A DNA stretch of 64,000 bases. Origin: a bacterium (lineage in GTDB: Bacteria; Bdellovibrionota_C; UBA2361; CALJRW01). Made by a program: the position numbers and the translations under genes. Positions within the stretch are counted from its first letter, which is position 1, and the number at the start of each line of letters is the position of its first letter. The notes under the pieces are model-generated. The model saw only the letters and a program-made list of their open reading frames with translations, made no database searches and had not been told where the DNA came from. Positions 28,892-38,504 of this stretch are shown one piece after another. The stretch is taken from assembly GCA_031385045.1 (NCBI GenBank), contig JANNBC010000013.1:42880-106879 (forward strand). The letters run 5' to 3'.

Positions 28892-30046
28892 TTAAAATAA
28901 CTTAGAAAAACTCTCAATAACACTATCTGCAATTTCTTGACCACGCATAGTTAAGGCAAACCCAGTTGTTGTCATCACAAGCAAATCATCACTCACTAAA
29001 CTTTGAAGGTGTTGCTTAAAATTTGGCTCGGTACTTAACATACCCAATTGTTCTAATTTAGAAAATTCCACCCCCTGACTAGTTCTAAGGCCCAGCATAA
29101 TATAATCAAAAGCTACTCCAGCAGTACTAAGCTCCTCCTCCCAAGCAACTACCGGCTTAGAATTTATGATTGCCTCAATATAACTTTGATAATCTGCTAA
29201 GTTAGAGTAACGCTTAGATCTTTCTCCACTACGCCAACAACCATGCGCACCAGCCCCAAAACCTAAATAAGAATTATTTTGCCAATAATTTTGATTATGC
29301 CGGGACTCGCTTCCGGGAATTCCAAAGTTACTAATTTCATAATGATGATAACCAGCAAGCTTTAATCTTTCTCTAATTAACTGATACATGGCAAGCTTCT
29401 GATCTTCATCAACAATTTTTAAATTCCCTCGTTCGTTAGCCGTGAAAAACGGAGTTCCCTTTTCAATTGTTAACTCATAACAAGAAATATGAGGGAGGTT
29501 AAGCGCTAAGTAATCATTCAAATCCTGCTCTAAATCTGGAAAACTTTGATTCGGCGCAGCAAACATTAAATCTAAACTAATATTCTGAAATCCGGCATCC
29601 TTAGCAAAACTTACTGCTTGATAGATATCAGCCGCTTGATGCTTTCTGCCCAGCGCTAACAATGTCTTGTTGTTAAGCGACTGTGCTCCCAAGCTTAAGC
29701 GATTAACGCCTGCTTCAAAATAATTTTGCAATTTATCTAATTCAATTTCTTTGGGGTTAGCCTCAATAGTAATTTCTAAATTTGACTCGATCAAACAATT
29801 AGTTTTGATCAGATCTAAAATCGATCTAATTGCTTGCCCCGAAAAGATACCAGGGGTTCCACCACCAAAATAAATACTAGTTAACTTTTGATCTTTTACC
29901 CTATCAGACTTAAGCCCCGCCTCTATCTCCTTTAGCAAGGCCTGCAAGTACGCCTCCTCTGGCACACGACTAAGCGCATAAGTATTAAAGTCGCAGTAAG
30001 GACATTTATAGCTACAAAATGGAATGTGAATATAGATAGAAAACAA
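28892..30046 (-). CDS. hemW: Radical SAM heme chaperone HemW (HemN-like)
   Basis: IYIHIPFCSYKCPYCDFN, YFGGGTP, YEISNF, HNQNYW. Confidence 0.92.
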   Translation of the reverse strand: MFSIYIHIPFCSYKCPYCDFNTYALSRVPEEAYLQALLKEIEAGLKSDRVKDQKLTSIYFGGGTPGIFSGQAIRSILDLIKTNCLIESNLEITIEANPKEIELDKLQNYFEAGVNRLSLGAQSLNNKTLLALGRKHQAADIYQAVSFAKDAGFQNISLDLMFAAPNQSFPDLEQDLNDYLALNLPHISCYELTIEKGTPFFTANERGNLKIVDEDQKLAMYQLIRERLKLAGYHHYEISNFGIPGSESRHNQNYWQNNSYLGFGAGAHGCWRSGERSKRYSNLADYQSYIEAIINSKPVVAWEEELSTAGVAFDYIMLGLRTSQGVEFSKLEQLGMLSTEPNFKQHLQSLVSDDLLVMTTTGFALTMRGQEIADSVIESFSKLF

Positions 30047-30059
30047 AATAGGTGTGTAA

Positions 30060-31439
30060 TTAATTGAACGGTATCATTACCCTAAATTCACTTCCCTTTC
30101 CAGTTTCTGAATAAATTTCCAACTTACCTGAATTTAGCTCAATTAAAAGCTTAGTAATTGCCAAACCTAAACCCACTCCCTCAATTTCCTGATCTGAAAA
30201 ACGAACAAATGGCCGACAAATTTTATTTAATTGCTCGCTTGATAAACCTAGTCCCGAATCTGTAATACTAACCTGACAAAAATCTCCTAAATCCTGAAAC
30301 CTAAGAGTAACATTACCCTGTGGAGTATATTTAATTGCATTCCCAATTAAATTACTAAAAATTCTTTTTAGATGACGTCGGTCGGCTACAACCATCAGAT
30401 CTTTTAGTGGATACTCAAAGTTTAGCTCTAATGATTTGAGCTTAGCATCAAATTGATAAACTCGTTCAAGTTCATGAAACAACTCAGTTAAAGGAATATT
30501 TTCTAAAGTCGGAGACAAATTACCGGCACGATACTTAGCCACACTTAGTAAATCCTCAATCAATTCAGTTAAAATTCTAATATTTGCGTCAGCCATAGAC
30601 AATAACTCTGCGCCATCTCCAGCAATTAAATTATTATCCTGAAGGCAGGTATTAATTGCTTGTAAATTGTTTATTGGAGATCTTAAGTCATGAGACAAAC
30701 CGGAAATTAGCTTTCCTTTATAAATATTATTATGACGACTCCTAGCGATCTTCCCATGTAATCCTTGAATCTGTTGTTTTTGAAAATATTGGGCAAAAAA
30801 CTCTCGAGCAAAACTTTTAGCTGCGATCATTCTTTGGAGCGTCAGTGTTTCATTGCTATTAAATCCAAACCACAAGGCGTAAGAGCTTAAATTGTTAACT
30901 TCTGGAGACATCTCCAGAGATTGTCGAAACAAAATCTGGATTTCATACTTATGAAAACTTGAATAAATAACTGAATCTAATTCAAAAGTACTATCCGCCT
31001 CTGTTGATTGATCAAGAAGACTTAACTCCTTAGTAAATATTTTTTTAATTTTTTCATTACTATTTAAGTTTCCTCCAACTTCTAAAACCTCTACACCATT
31101 ATCTCCAGATCTAGTCAAAATAACCAGCTGAGCAACACTTTCATTTAGGCTTAAATAATCTGAGCGATCGGCTACTAGAGATTTATGAACAGGTAGTCCT
31201 TTTTCGATCTCCAAATCAATGAATACAGATATTTTATTTAATAGGCCCACAAAAAGCGTCCTCATTTCAGTCCTACGTTGTTTAATTACTAAATTAGGAT
31301 CTAAATAGCTTAAACAGTTACTGACCTCATTTTTTAAGATACGGTATTTTTGATCAATCCAAAGCAAGATTAATGATAAAATTATCACCACTGGGATGCT
31401 TACCATGGAGAGCAAGTCTGCCCTTAGCAACTCAAACAT
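30060..31439 (-). CDS. Sensor histidine kinase
   Basis: SHDLRSP H-box, NLIGNAIKYT N-box, DSGLG and GVGLGL G-boxes; one N-terminal TM. Confidence 0.92.
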   Translation of the reverse strand: MFELLRADLLSMVSIPVVIILSLILLWIDQKYRILKNEVSNCLSYLDPNLVIKQRRTEMRTLFVGLLNKISVFIDLEIEKGLPVHKSLVADRSDYLSLNESVAQLVILTRSGDNGVEVLEVGGNLNSNEKIKKIFTKELSLLDQSTEADSTFELDSVIYSSFHKYEIQILFRQSLEMSPEVNNLSSYALWFGFNSNETLTLQRMIAAKSFAREFFAQYFQKQQIQGLHGKIARSRHNNIYKGKLISGLSHDLRSPINNLQAINTCLQDNNLIAGDGAELLSMADANIRILTELIEDLLSVAKYRAGNLSPTLENIPLTELFHELERVYQFDAKLKSLELNFEYPLKDLMVVADRRHLKRIFSNLIGNAIKYTPQGNVTLRFQDLGDFCQVSITDSGLGLSSEQLNKICRPFVRFSDQEIEGVGLGLAITKLLIELNSGKLEIYSETGKGSEFRVMIPFN

Positions 31440-32652
31440 TCTTAGAATCTAAAATTAAACTTTGATTTTTTTTGTTAATCAAAGATTGTAATTGAACGGC
31501 AATCAACCTCGGGTCCTCATCTTTACCAATATAAGCATCTACGCCTTTTTGAAATAATTGAATTTTTTGATCAACATTTTTTTCCGAGGTTAAAAAAACG
31601 AATGGAGTAGCGCGGTAGCGATCTATTTGACGAACAGAATTTAAAACATCTTCCCCGTTTAAATCTGGCATATGTAGATCGCAAACAATTAAATCAATAG
31701 GCTTCTTTGTTCGTCTTAGATAGTTAATGGCAGCCCGAGGAATTACAAAATCTTTAAATTGAAATTGACTATTAGCTAAATATTTCTTTAGGACAGTTGT
31801 AAAAATACTACTATCGTCAATTAACAAAACGTTACTTAAGCCTTTTGGGGCAGAATCATTCAATAATGACTCGGCAGGAGGATCTATTGCCGATTTTTTT
31901 ATTGAATGAGATTTGATTTTCAATAATTGTTTTTCACAATCAAAACTGTATGCTAGATTTACGTAACCAACTTGATCTAAAATAAAACTAATACTGACAT
32001 CTCCCCTTCTAGTAAGTTCCTTTAACCTTTCCCAAAAATAACTAGAAGTTACTCCTAAAGCATCAAGATCTGCTGGCTCTAAAAAATCTGCTATCAAAGA
32101 TTCATCCAACTGAAGATTTTCAAGATTAGAATTACTTAACTCTTCTGCTATCCGAAGCATTAATTTTTCAAAAACCTGTTGTAACTTATGCTCTACTTTC
32201 TCCTTTTCTATAAGCCTACTTTCATAAAATTTCCAAGCGCTAGAAATCTCCGACCAACGTCCTAAGTATATTGGAAAATTATCAAATATTCCCAAGCAAT
32301 TTTTAGCCACTAAAGGATCAACCGCCCAGATTGCACAAACTTGATTACCGCGAATAATTGGAAATGCCCCTAATCGTTCTAAGCGACCCAAGGGTAATTG
32401 AGCCATTAATCCCAAAGGAAACTCCAAAGTTGGATTTAAATACAAAGGAAATCTGATTCGATTAGATAATTTCTTGAAAAACTTCTCAGGAAGCCAATTT
32501 AACATCTTCAATGCTTGATCGCTCAATTCTCGAGGATCACACCCTGATTCAGCTAGTTTCTGCAGTCGCTTTTTAGAAAAATAACTAGGTAGAACATCCA
32601 CGACACTCTTGGCTTCTAAATCCTTAAACAGAAAACTCAATAGGCGCTTCAT
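31432..32652 (-). CDS. Response regulator with C-terminal REC domain and N-terminal T2SSE_N-like region
   Basis: VLLIDDS, DLIVCDLHMPDLNG and FLTS REC motifs; N-terminal LP...LERLGAFP...WAVDP...I pattern resembles GspE/PilB N-domains. Confidence 0.8.
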   Translation of the reverse strand: MKRLLSFLFKDLEAKSVVDVLPSYFSKKRLQKLAESGCDPRELSDQALKMLNWLPEKFFKKLSNRIRFPLYLNPTLEFPLGLMAQLPLGRLERLGAFPIIRGNQVCAIWAVDPLVAKNCLGIFDNFPIYLGRWSEISSAWKFYESRLIEKEKVEHKLQQVFEKLMLRIAEELSNSNLENLQLDESLIADFLEPADLDALGVTSSYFWERLKELTRRGDVSISFILDQVGYVNLAYSFDCEKQLLKIKSHSIKKSAIDPPAESLLNDSAPKGLSNVLLIDDSSIFTTVLKKYLANSQFQFKDFVIPRAAINYLRRTKKPIDLIVCDLHMPDLNGEDVLNSVRQIDRYRATPFVFLTSEKNVDQKIQLFQKGVDAYIGKDEDPRLIAVQLQSLINKKNQSLILDSKNV

Positions 32653-32654
32653 GA

Positions 32655-33224
32655 TTAAATTTTAATTATTCTTTCCAAATATATCTCTGACTCTAGTCCA
32701 AAAAAGTCTAAGAAATTTACTAGCGATCGCTCTGGTTTAATTAATAATCGAAGAACTAAGAACTTTGTTGCCAATTTTTCTTTCACAAATGAATTAAGAA
32801 ATTTCTTAGCTTGATATTCTGAATAGCGATAATCGGATGTCGGAGTTAATTCACTCGCCAATATTTCTAAAATAGATTTAGCATAATGATTTGAAAAACT
32901 TCCTATACTACCAGCAGTCAATTCTTGATTAGCACTTACGTAGCCTTGATATTCAATCAAATTTAAAGCCATAAAATACTGTTTCGAAATATTATTCTTT
33001 AAAAACGCTTCCAACTTTTCGATTAGGGCTCGAAGGTTCTCTTGATCATTCGTATCATCAAAATTAGCTTGTAAATCAACAAAACGATTTTCAACGATAC
33101 TACTAACTTCTTGAAATAAATTGGATCTTTGAAGACTACCTGAGACCACTCCAATCATACTCAACATGAATGCCACAGCAATCGTTGATTCAATCAAAGC
33201 CCAACCTTTATTTGGATAAAACAT
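32655..33224 (-). CDS. TadE/TadF-like pseudopilin
   Basis: KG|WALIE prepilin-like motif plus TM helix, within the Tad locus. Confidence 0.6.
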   Translation of the reverse strand: MFYPNKGWALIESTIAVAFMLSMIGVVSGSLQRSNLFQEVSSIVENRFVDLQANFDDTNDQENLRALIEKLEAFLKNNISKQYFMALNLIEYQGYVSANQELTAGSIGSFSNHYAKSILEILASELTPTSDYRYSEYQAKKFLNSFVKEKLATKFLVLRLLIKPERSLVNFLDFFGLESEIYLERIIKI

Positions 33225-34428
33225 AGTTTTGCCTAGCTTGAATAAAGTTATTTACAAAATGACTTAGCTCTTGTTGATCATTAAGTATTAAATTTTCTAA
33301 TAAAATTTTAGATGAAAACCTATCTACCGCCTTAGTTAAGACTTCCTGCCATCGATAATCATCTAGATTTATTTGTTGCTTAATTATTAAATAATAAAAA
33401 TTAATTTTTTCTCCTTCCGGGATAATACTAGCTATTTTTTCAAAGCGACTCTCTAACTGGGTTCTCAGGCTATCTTGATCGAAGTTTTGAGGTGGCTGAC
33501 TTGCAACAATAATAATTTTTTGATTTGTTTGAGAATTAATATTTTCAACTAATCGCTTAAAAATCTGCTCTAAAGCTAATGGTAAATTAAAAGTAAATTT
33601 ATCTTGGCCTAACCCCCAGACGATCTCTGAGACCGTTCGGCTAGTCAGATATTCAGGTCGAAGTTTCCCTGTATTTAAATCTACAATTTGCTCTGTAAAA
33701 TTAGATGAAAATGGAAACTGATAATTTGCCTCTAGCAACTCGTTCCAAGCAGCCGCTGAACAATAATCAAAATTATCACCATAAGCCCCTGCTTTGATTG
33801 GTAATAAGCCTACTGAATTCTTATTACTCCCCCAGATAGTAAGCTCCCCTTGTTGATTTACTTGATAATGATTAACTATTTCTAAAGCGACTAATTTCAT
33901 TAAGTTAAAATCCTGATTAAAACATTGCCGAGTTAAGCTGTGAGCATCAGACGCATAATCATGATATAAGTTGAAATAAGAATCTATAAACTGGGCAGTC
34001 GGCCAATTCTCATATTCTTCTGGAGTAACTTTGCTTGCTAGATCAATGATTAAATTGATACTTTGTTTGCGAACTTCAGCCTGACTAGCAACTCGAAGTG
34101 GAATTTTTAAATCTAAAAAATAATCAGCAAAATTTAGTTGATAATCTGAGTTATACCTAAGCGTCACTTGATTATCATTAAACTCTACAGCGGTTTGATT
34201 AAAATCAATTTGCTTTGACTTAAGATAATTATTGACTACTTCCTGTGCCTGAAAATAGTCAGGTAGGTTTTTAATTGCTAACATTACAGCTCGATCTAAA
34301 TGTTGCTGAATAAGCTGTTGTCGATAATAGAACTCTGATATTCCAATTGTTGTAAGTGAAATCAACATTAGAATCGGTAGTAGAATAATCGCAAGAATTA
34401 ATGTAAAACTACCTTTTGCGGAGTTCAA
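33208..34428 (-). CDS. TadG-like pilus assembly protein
   Basis: KG|SFTLILAIILLP N-terminus and QQHLDRAVMLA Tad-domain pattern. Confidence 0.65.
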   Translation of the reverse strand: MNSAKGSFTLILAIILLPILMLISLTTIGISEFYYRQQLIQQHLDRAVMLAIKNLPDYFQAQEVVNNYLKSKQIDFNQTAVEFNDNQVTLRYNSDYQLNFADYFLDLKIPLRVASQAEVRKQSINLIIDLASKVTPEEYENWPTAQFIDSYFNLYHDYASDAHSLTRQCFNQDFNLMKLVALEIVNHYQVNQQGELTIWGSNKNSVGLLPIKAGAYGDNFDYCSAAAWNELLEANYQFPFSSNFTEQIVDLNTGKLRPEYLTSRTVSEIVWGLGQDKFTFNLPLALEQIFKRLVENINSQTNQKIIIVASQPPQNFDQDSLRTQLESRFEKIASIIPEGEKINFYYLIIKQQINLDDYRWQEVLTKAVDRFSSKILLENLILNDQQELSHFVNNFIQARQNYVLSK

Positions 34429-35231
34429 ATTCTTCCTCCATTTGTTAAAGTAATAACTTCTAAGACTGGCGGTGTTACGAATAGAATAATTAATCCAGCA
34501 AATAATAATAGTAATGGAATTGTTGCCTTAACTGGCAATTTCGCAATTCGCTCCTCAACTAATTCTTGATATTGCAACTGAGTAGCATCACTGAGCTCCC
34601 GTAATGGAACGATTAACTCACCACCTTGCTCATAGGCTAGAGCTAAATGAATTAGGGAATGTCTAACAGCAGCAACTGGGCACTCCGCGCTTACCTCTCG
34701 TAAGCTTTGAGTGAAAGTCAGGCCCTGCTCAGTACAATCTAAAACCTTAGCAAACATTTTCAGCAAAGAATTTTTCGAACTACCTATGTCAGAATCTTGA
34801 GTAACTATTAGTTTTAAACCTGAAATAACATCCTGCCCTGATTCTATTGTCATCATTAATCTTTCCATCATCAGTGGTAACGCATACTGAAAACTAAGGT
34901 TTATTTTTTCTTTTCTCTGACTTATTAGGTAAGATCTGAGGAAAATCAGTAACGATCCAGCAATTATGAATATTATTGCAACCTTTTTATAATCTAAGAA
35001 ATCTCTTACTCCACAAATTATCACTAATAAAAATATAAAAACCCAAATTAGTTTGTGATTTACCAAAGAAACTATTTTTCGTGAACCTTGCTTGAGAATT
35101 TTTAAAGATGACTGTTCGCTAATTAAATCCAATAAAACTATTCTAGGACTTCTAGTTGTTTGTAGAAATAATGCCCAAGTTGATAAGAGCATCACTGCAA
35201 TAGCGATACTTAGAATAAAACTTCCATCCAT
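34425..35231 (-). CDS. tadC: Tad inner-membrane platform protein TadC (T2SS F-like)
   Basis: LP..MERL...IESG, EERIAKLPVKATIPL; follows tadB. Confidence 0.8.
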   Translation of the reverse strand: MDGSFILSIAIAVMLLSTWALFLQTTRSPRIVLLDLISEQSSLKILKQGSRKIVSLVNHKLIWVFIFLLVIICGVRDFLDYKKVAIIFIIAGSLLIFLRSYLISQRKEKINLSFQYALPLMMERLMMTIESGQDVISGLKLIVTQDSDIGSSKNSLLKMFAKVLDCTEQGLTFTQSLREVSAECPVAAVRHSLIHLALAYEQGGELIVPLRELSDATQLQYQELVEERIAKLPVKATIPLLLLFAGLIILFVTPPVLEVITLTNGGRI

Positions 35232-35232
35232 A

Positions 35233-36021
35233 TTACCTCCATGATTCTGAATTACTAATTTTTAATATTCCAATAAATCCACAAGATACTAAAGAAAGGG
35301 CTAGAATTAATAACTTCATACCAATAGGATTTGCCCAGGCATTCAGTAAAGTCTGATAAGAAGCAACTACCTGAACACTAAACATGGCGACAACCGCTAT
35401 CAAAATTCCAAAAGCAGATAATTTTTGCATCGCAACAGCCGTATTGGTTTTACGACGAAATGATTGTCTGGCTCGAACAACCCGAGCAATTCTATGAAGA
35501 CAAAAAGATAAAGATGCCCCTTGCTGCCTTGATAGAAGATAAGCATCTTTAAATAAAATCAAATCAGGGTGTTGGATTTCTGAAGCAAAAGACTTAATCG
35601 CTTGATCTTCAGCAATACCTGAGCTTACTTGCTGTCGAAAGCTTTCAATTGCTTCAGCAATTGGAGTATTATTAGCAAATAGATCTTTACTTTGAAGTAA
35701 AGCGGCAAGCGGGTCTAAACCACACTTCATGCTTGATGATAATGAAATTAAGAAGGTAGGGTAGTCACGCTCAAAAGCATTTAATTGTAACTTAGAGCGA
35801 CGAACCTTCGCCTGTTTTTTAATTATTAAGTAAATTGGGTAAGCCAAAATCAGAAACTTATTAATTAATCCAAGAACAAAGATGAGTAATATTAAAAATA
35901 AATTATTCCAATATTTTCTGTTTTTAAGTTTTTCCTTAGGAACAGCATCAGGATTTTTTTGAATTGGATTTAATAAACGTTGATACCGAGACTCTGCTGA
36001 GTTGATGAAAAATTTGCTCAT
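35233..36021 (-). CDS. tadB: Tad inner-membrane platform protein TadB (T2SS F-like)
   Basis: FERDYP.FL..L.SSMK.G, QQGASL..L..IA..VR.R; follows cpaF. Confidence 0.8.
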   Translation of the reverse strand: MSKFFINSAESRYQRLLNPIQKNPDAVPKEKLKNRKYWNNLFLILLIFVLGLINKFLILAYPIYLIIKKQAKVRRSKLQLNAFERDYPTFLISLSSSMKCGLDPLAALLQSKDLFANNTPIAEAIESFRQQVSSGIAEDQAIKSFASEIQHPDLILFKDAYLLSRQQGASLSFCLHRIARVVRARQSFRRKTNTAVAMQKLSAFGILIAVVAMFSVQVVASYQTLLNAWANPIGMKLLILALSLVSCGFIGILKISNSESWR

Positions 36022-37349
36022 TGTATTTCTCTAATTACTTGGGCTTCTGGTATCTCTAGTTCACTTGGAAGACTAACAAGACTAAAAGTTGGCATTATCT
36101 CAGCTAGCTCCTCTTGGTAACGGCTTACACGATTAGGAATCTGCCAAACTGGCCGACCTAAATTATTCTGATATTTAAAAATAGTTGTTTGGCGAATAAC
36201 TTGATCTGCATGACCACAAATTTCTCGAACTTCAACGATTCGTCTTTTACCTGAGAACTTACAGACATTTAGATAGACAATTGCTTGGATTGAATTTGCT
36301 AATTGTTTTGAAATAACATCTTTGGTTGCACCTTTTTGAACTCTCCCAAGAAAAAGTTCCAGGCGAGCTAAGGCGTCCCTAGCACTTCTTGCATGAACAG
36401 TTGATAATCCAGGATGTCCCGAGGCACATACATCAACAAAAGCTTCGGCCGATTCAGCATCTCGAATCTCCCCAAAAACTATCCGATTCATAGCCATTCT
36501 CATTCCCGCTCGAATACACTCGGAAGGAGATATTCTTCCCTCACCCTCAGTATTTACTCCTCTGGTTCTGATATAACGAACATGAGGATGAGCCAATTGA
36601 ATTTCTGGAGTGTCTTCAATGACAAGAATAGATTCTTCGCTGGGAACACAAGCGGCTAAAGCACGAGCAAGAGTTGTCTTACCACTACCAACTTCACCTG
36701 CAATCATGACTGTTTGCCCGGCTTGAATCATCGTTCGCAAATAATCCATGACTCCAGAAGGCGCCAGACCAAACTCAATTAAATCCTTTACAGTAATCTG
36801 TGCGTGGCGATTAATTCGAATTGTTAGATATGGGCCTTGCTCGCAAAGACTCGTGTGCACAGCATGAACCCTAGCCCAAGCCGAATACATTGCGTCGATA
36901 ATTGGAATTTTATGTGAATAACTAACCCCACTTTTATTTAAAATTCTCTCAACAAAAGCCTGATAATTTTCGGGGCTTGGGAATGATAATCCTGTTTTAT
37001 AATTTTTGCGTCCCTTTTGGATCTCAATCTTATCGTAAGCAAAAACAATAATATCATTAATCTCTGAATCGTCGACAAGCTCCTGCAGGATTCCAAATGG
37101 CCGATTATTTTTTTCAAAATAGGCTAATAACTGATCAAGCTCAAATGCACTAAGCGATAGCCCTGTCTGTTGAGCAACTGAGTCAACTAAATTTCGTATT
37201 TCTTTAAAACTGACACCTTCCGCATCTGAGATTAAAGAGAGCTCTCTCTGCACAAGTTGTAAAACCTGAACAAGTGCTGGTGAAAGTACTCGCTGAGATT
37301 CCATTAAAAAACGCTCTGGTTCATTTGGTCTCATTTTAACTCCCAACAA
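36018..37349 (-). CDS. cpaF: Tad pilus assembly ATPase CpaF/TadA
   Basis: GEVGSGKTT Walker A, IEDTPEI, RIVFGEIRD.E, SGHPG.STVHA. Confidence 0.93.
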   Translation of the reverse strand: MLGVKMRPNEPERFLMESQRVLSPALVQVLQLVQRELSLISDAEGVSFKEIRNLVDSVAQQTGLSLSAFELDQLLAYFEKNNRPFGILQELVDDSEINDIIVFAYDKIEIQKGRKNYKTGLSFPSPENYQAFVERILNKSGVSYSHKIPIIDAMYSAWARVHAVHTSLCEQGPYLTIRINRHAQITVKDLIEFGLAPSGVMDYLRTMIQAGQTVMIAGEVGSGKTTLARALAACVPSEESILVIEDTPEIQLAHPHVRYIRTRGVNTEGEGRISPSECIRAGMRMAMNRIVFGEIRDAESAEAFVDVCASGHPGLSTVHARSARDALARLELFLGRVQKGATKDVISKQLANSIQAIVYLNVCKFSGKRRIVEVREICGHADQVIRQTTIFKYQNNLGRPVWQIPNRVSRYQEELAEIMPTFSLVSLPSELEIPEAQVIREIQ

Positions 37350-38211
37350 AAAATCCTTGCGGACGCTCTGGTGTTTTTAACCATTTTCCATTTACAAAAA
37401 CATACTTTCCTTGATCTTTCTCGTCGTGAACCTCTAAATAGCCCTGCACATCCGAGACCTCTTCCGTACTAACGTTTCGTTGCATTAAATTATCAGCTGT
37501 TAAAATTGGATTTTGCCAATCATCTTGATCGTTAAAACTACGAAGTGCAAAAGCAATCTTACCTCTAGGAATCGCAGTATTAATTTTTAGACATTGTTCT
37601 TGGGTCACAAGTAAAGTCACCGTACTAGGAACATTTGGAGCAACTTGTCCCTCAACTGGAGCAACAGAACGCTCGGAAGAAAGAATTTTAACATGTTCAG
37701 CAATAACAATTGTCTTTGCCTTATCAACTAAAAGCACATCTACAATCGATCCTGATCCAGCCCACCCCTCAACTGCACTCGTGGCATCAACCTTAATCGT
37801 CATCGCACGCATTCCAGCTGGAATACTTTCAATCACTGGATTTAAACTACTCCCAGAGGTTGTGAAATTATCTCGAAAAAGTGGGGTCTTTGCGGGCAAG
37901 CTTACTAAAGTTTCTAATCCCTCTAGTTCCTTAGAATTTAAAATTGCCATATCGGGCAATTGATGTTTAGGATATTTTATTTTTTCTAAAATAATTTTTT
38001 GAAATGGGGTGCCCGCAGCAACCATCTTTGCGGGAACAGGAACATCAACCGTATCGTACTCAGCAACATAGACTGGCTGAGGCTCTTTAAAGTTTTGCTT
38101 TTGCTTTGCAACAATCACAATGCTTAGAGCAAGTAAGCCTGAGATGACTATTCCGATTAGTGGAACATAGCTACTCCGAACAGTTTTATTGACATGGCTA
38201 ATTCTTTGCAT
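37336..38211 (-). CDS. cpaB: Flp pilus assembly protein CpaB/RcpC
   Basis: SAF-like region, IPAGMRAMTIKVD...V.GW...GS.VDVL, TVTLLVT, I.FALRS. Confidence 0.9.
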   Translation of the reverse strand: MQRISHVNKTVRSSYVPLIGIVISGLLALSIVIVAKQKQNFKEPQPVYVAEYDTVDVPVPAKMVAAGTPFQKIILEKIKYPKHQLPDMAILNSKELEGLETLVSLPAKTPLFRDNFTTSGSSLNPVIESIPAGMRAMTIKVDATSAVEGWAGSGSIVDVLLVDKAKTIVIAEHVKILSSERSVAPVEGQVAPNVPSTVTLLVTQEQCLKINTAIPRGKIAFALRSFNDQDDWQNPILTADNLMQRNVSTEEVSDVQGYLEVHDEKDQGKYVFVNGKWLKTPERPQGFFVGS

Positions 38212-38220
38212 AGTAGAACT

Positions 38221-38409
38221 CTAAGGATTTAATTGATCGTCAATGATAACTGCCTGACCCTGAGCCCATGTACCGATACTATTTAACATGCCAGCAACTC
38301 CATTTCCCAAATTACCCATTGCTAGCCACAGTACTGTCGCAACAATGGCAGCACCGGCACTATACTCAAGTAGAGCATAACCTTTTTTGTTATCAACTTT
38401 TCTTTTCAT
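38221..38409 (-). CDS. flp: Flp family type IVc pilin
   Basis: KKG|YALLEY Flp motif plus hydrophobic helix; GGAGAAG RBS before ATG 38409. Confidence 0.85.
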   Translation of the reverse strand: MKRKVDNKKGYALLEYSAGAAIVATVLWLAMGNLGNGVAGMLNSIGTWAQGQAVIIDDQLNP

Positions 38410-38504
38410 TTTCTTCTCCAAAATTTCTCAACCATTTGTTAAGAATTAAAAATCTTTTTCACGCTACTTCCTATCCAATGAACAGGATGAACTTACTTAC
38501 GTTT

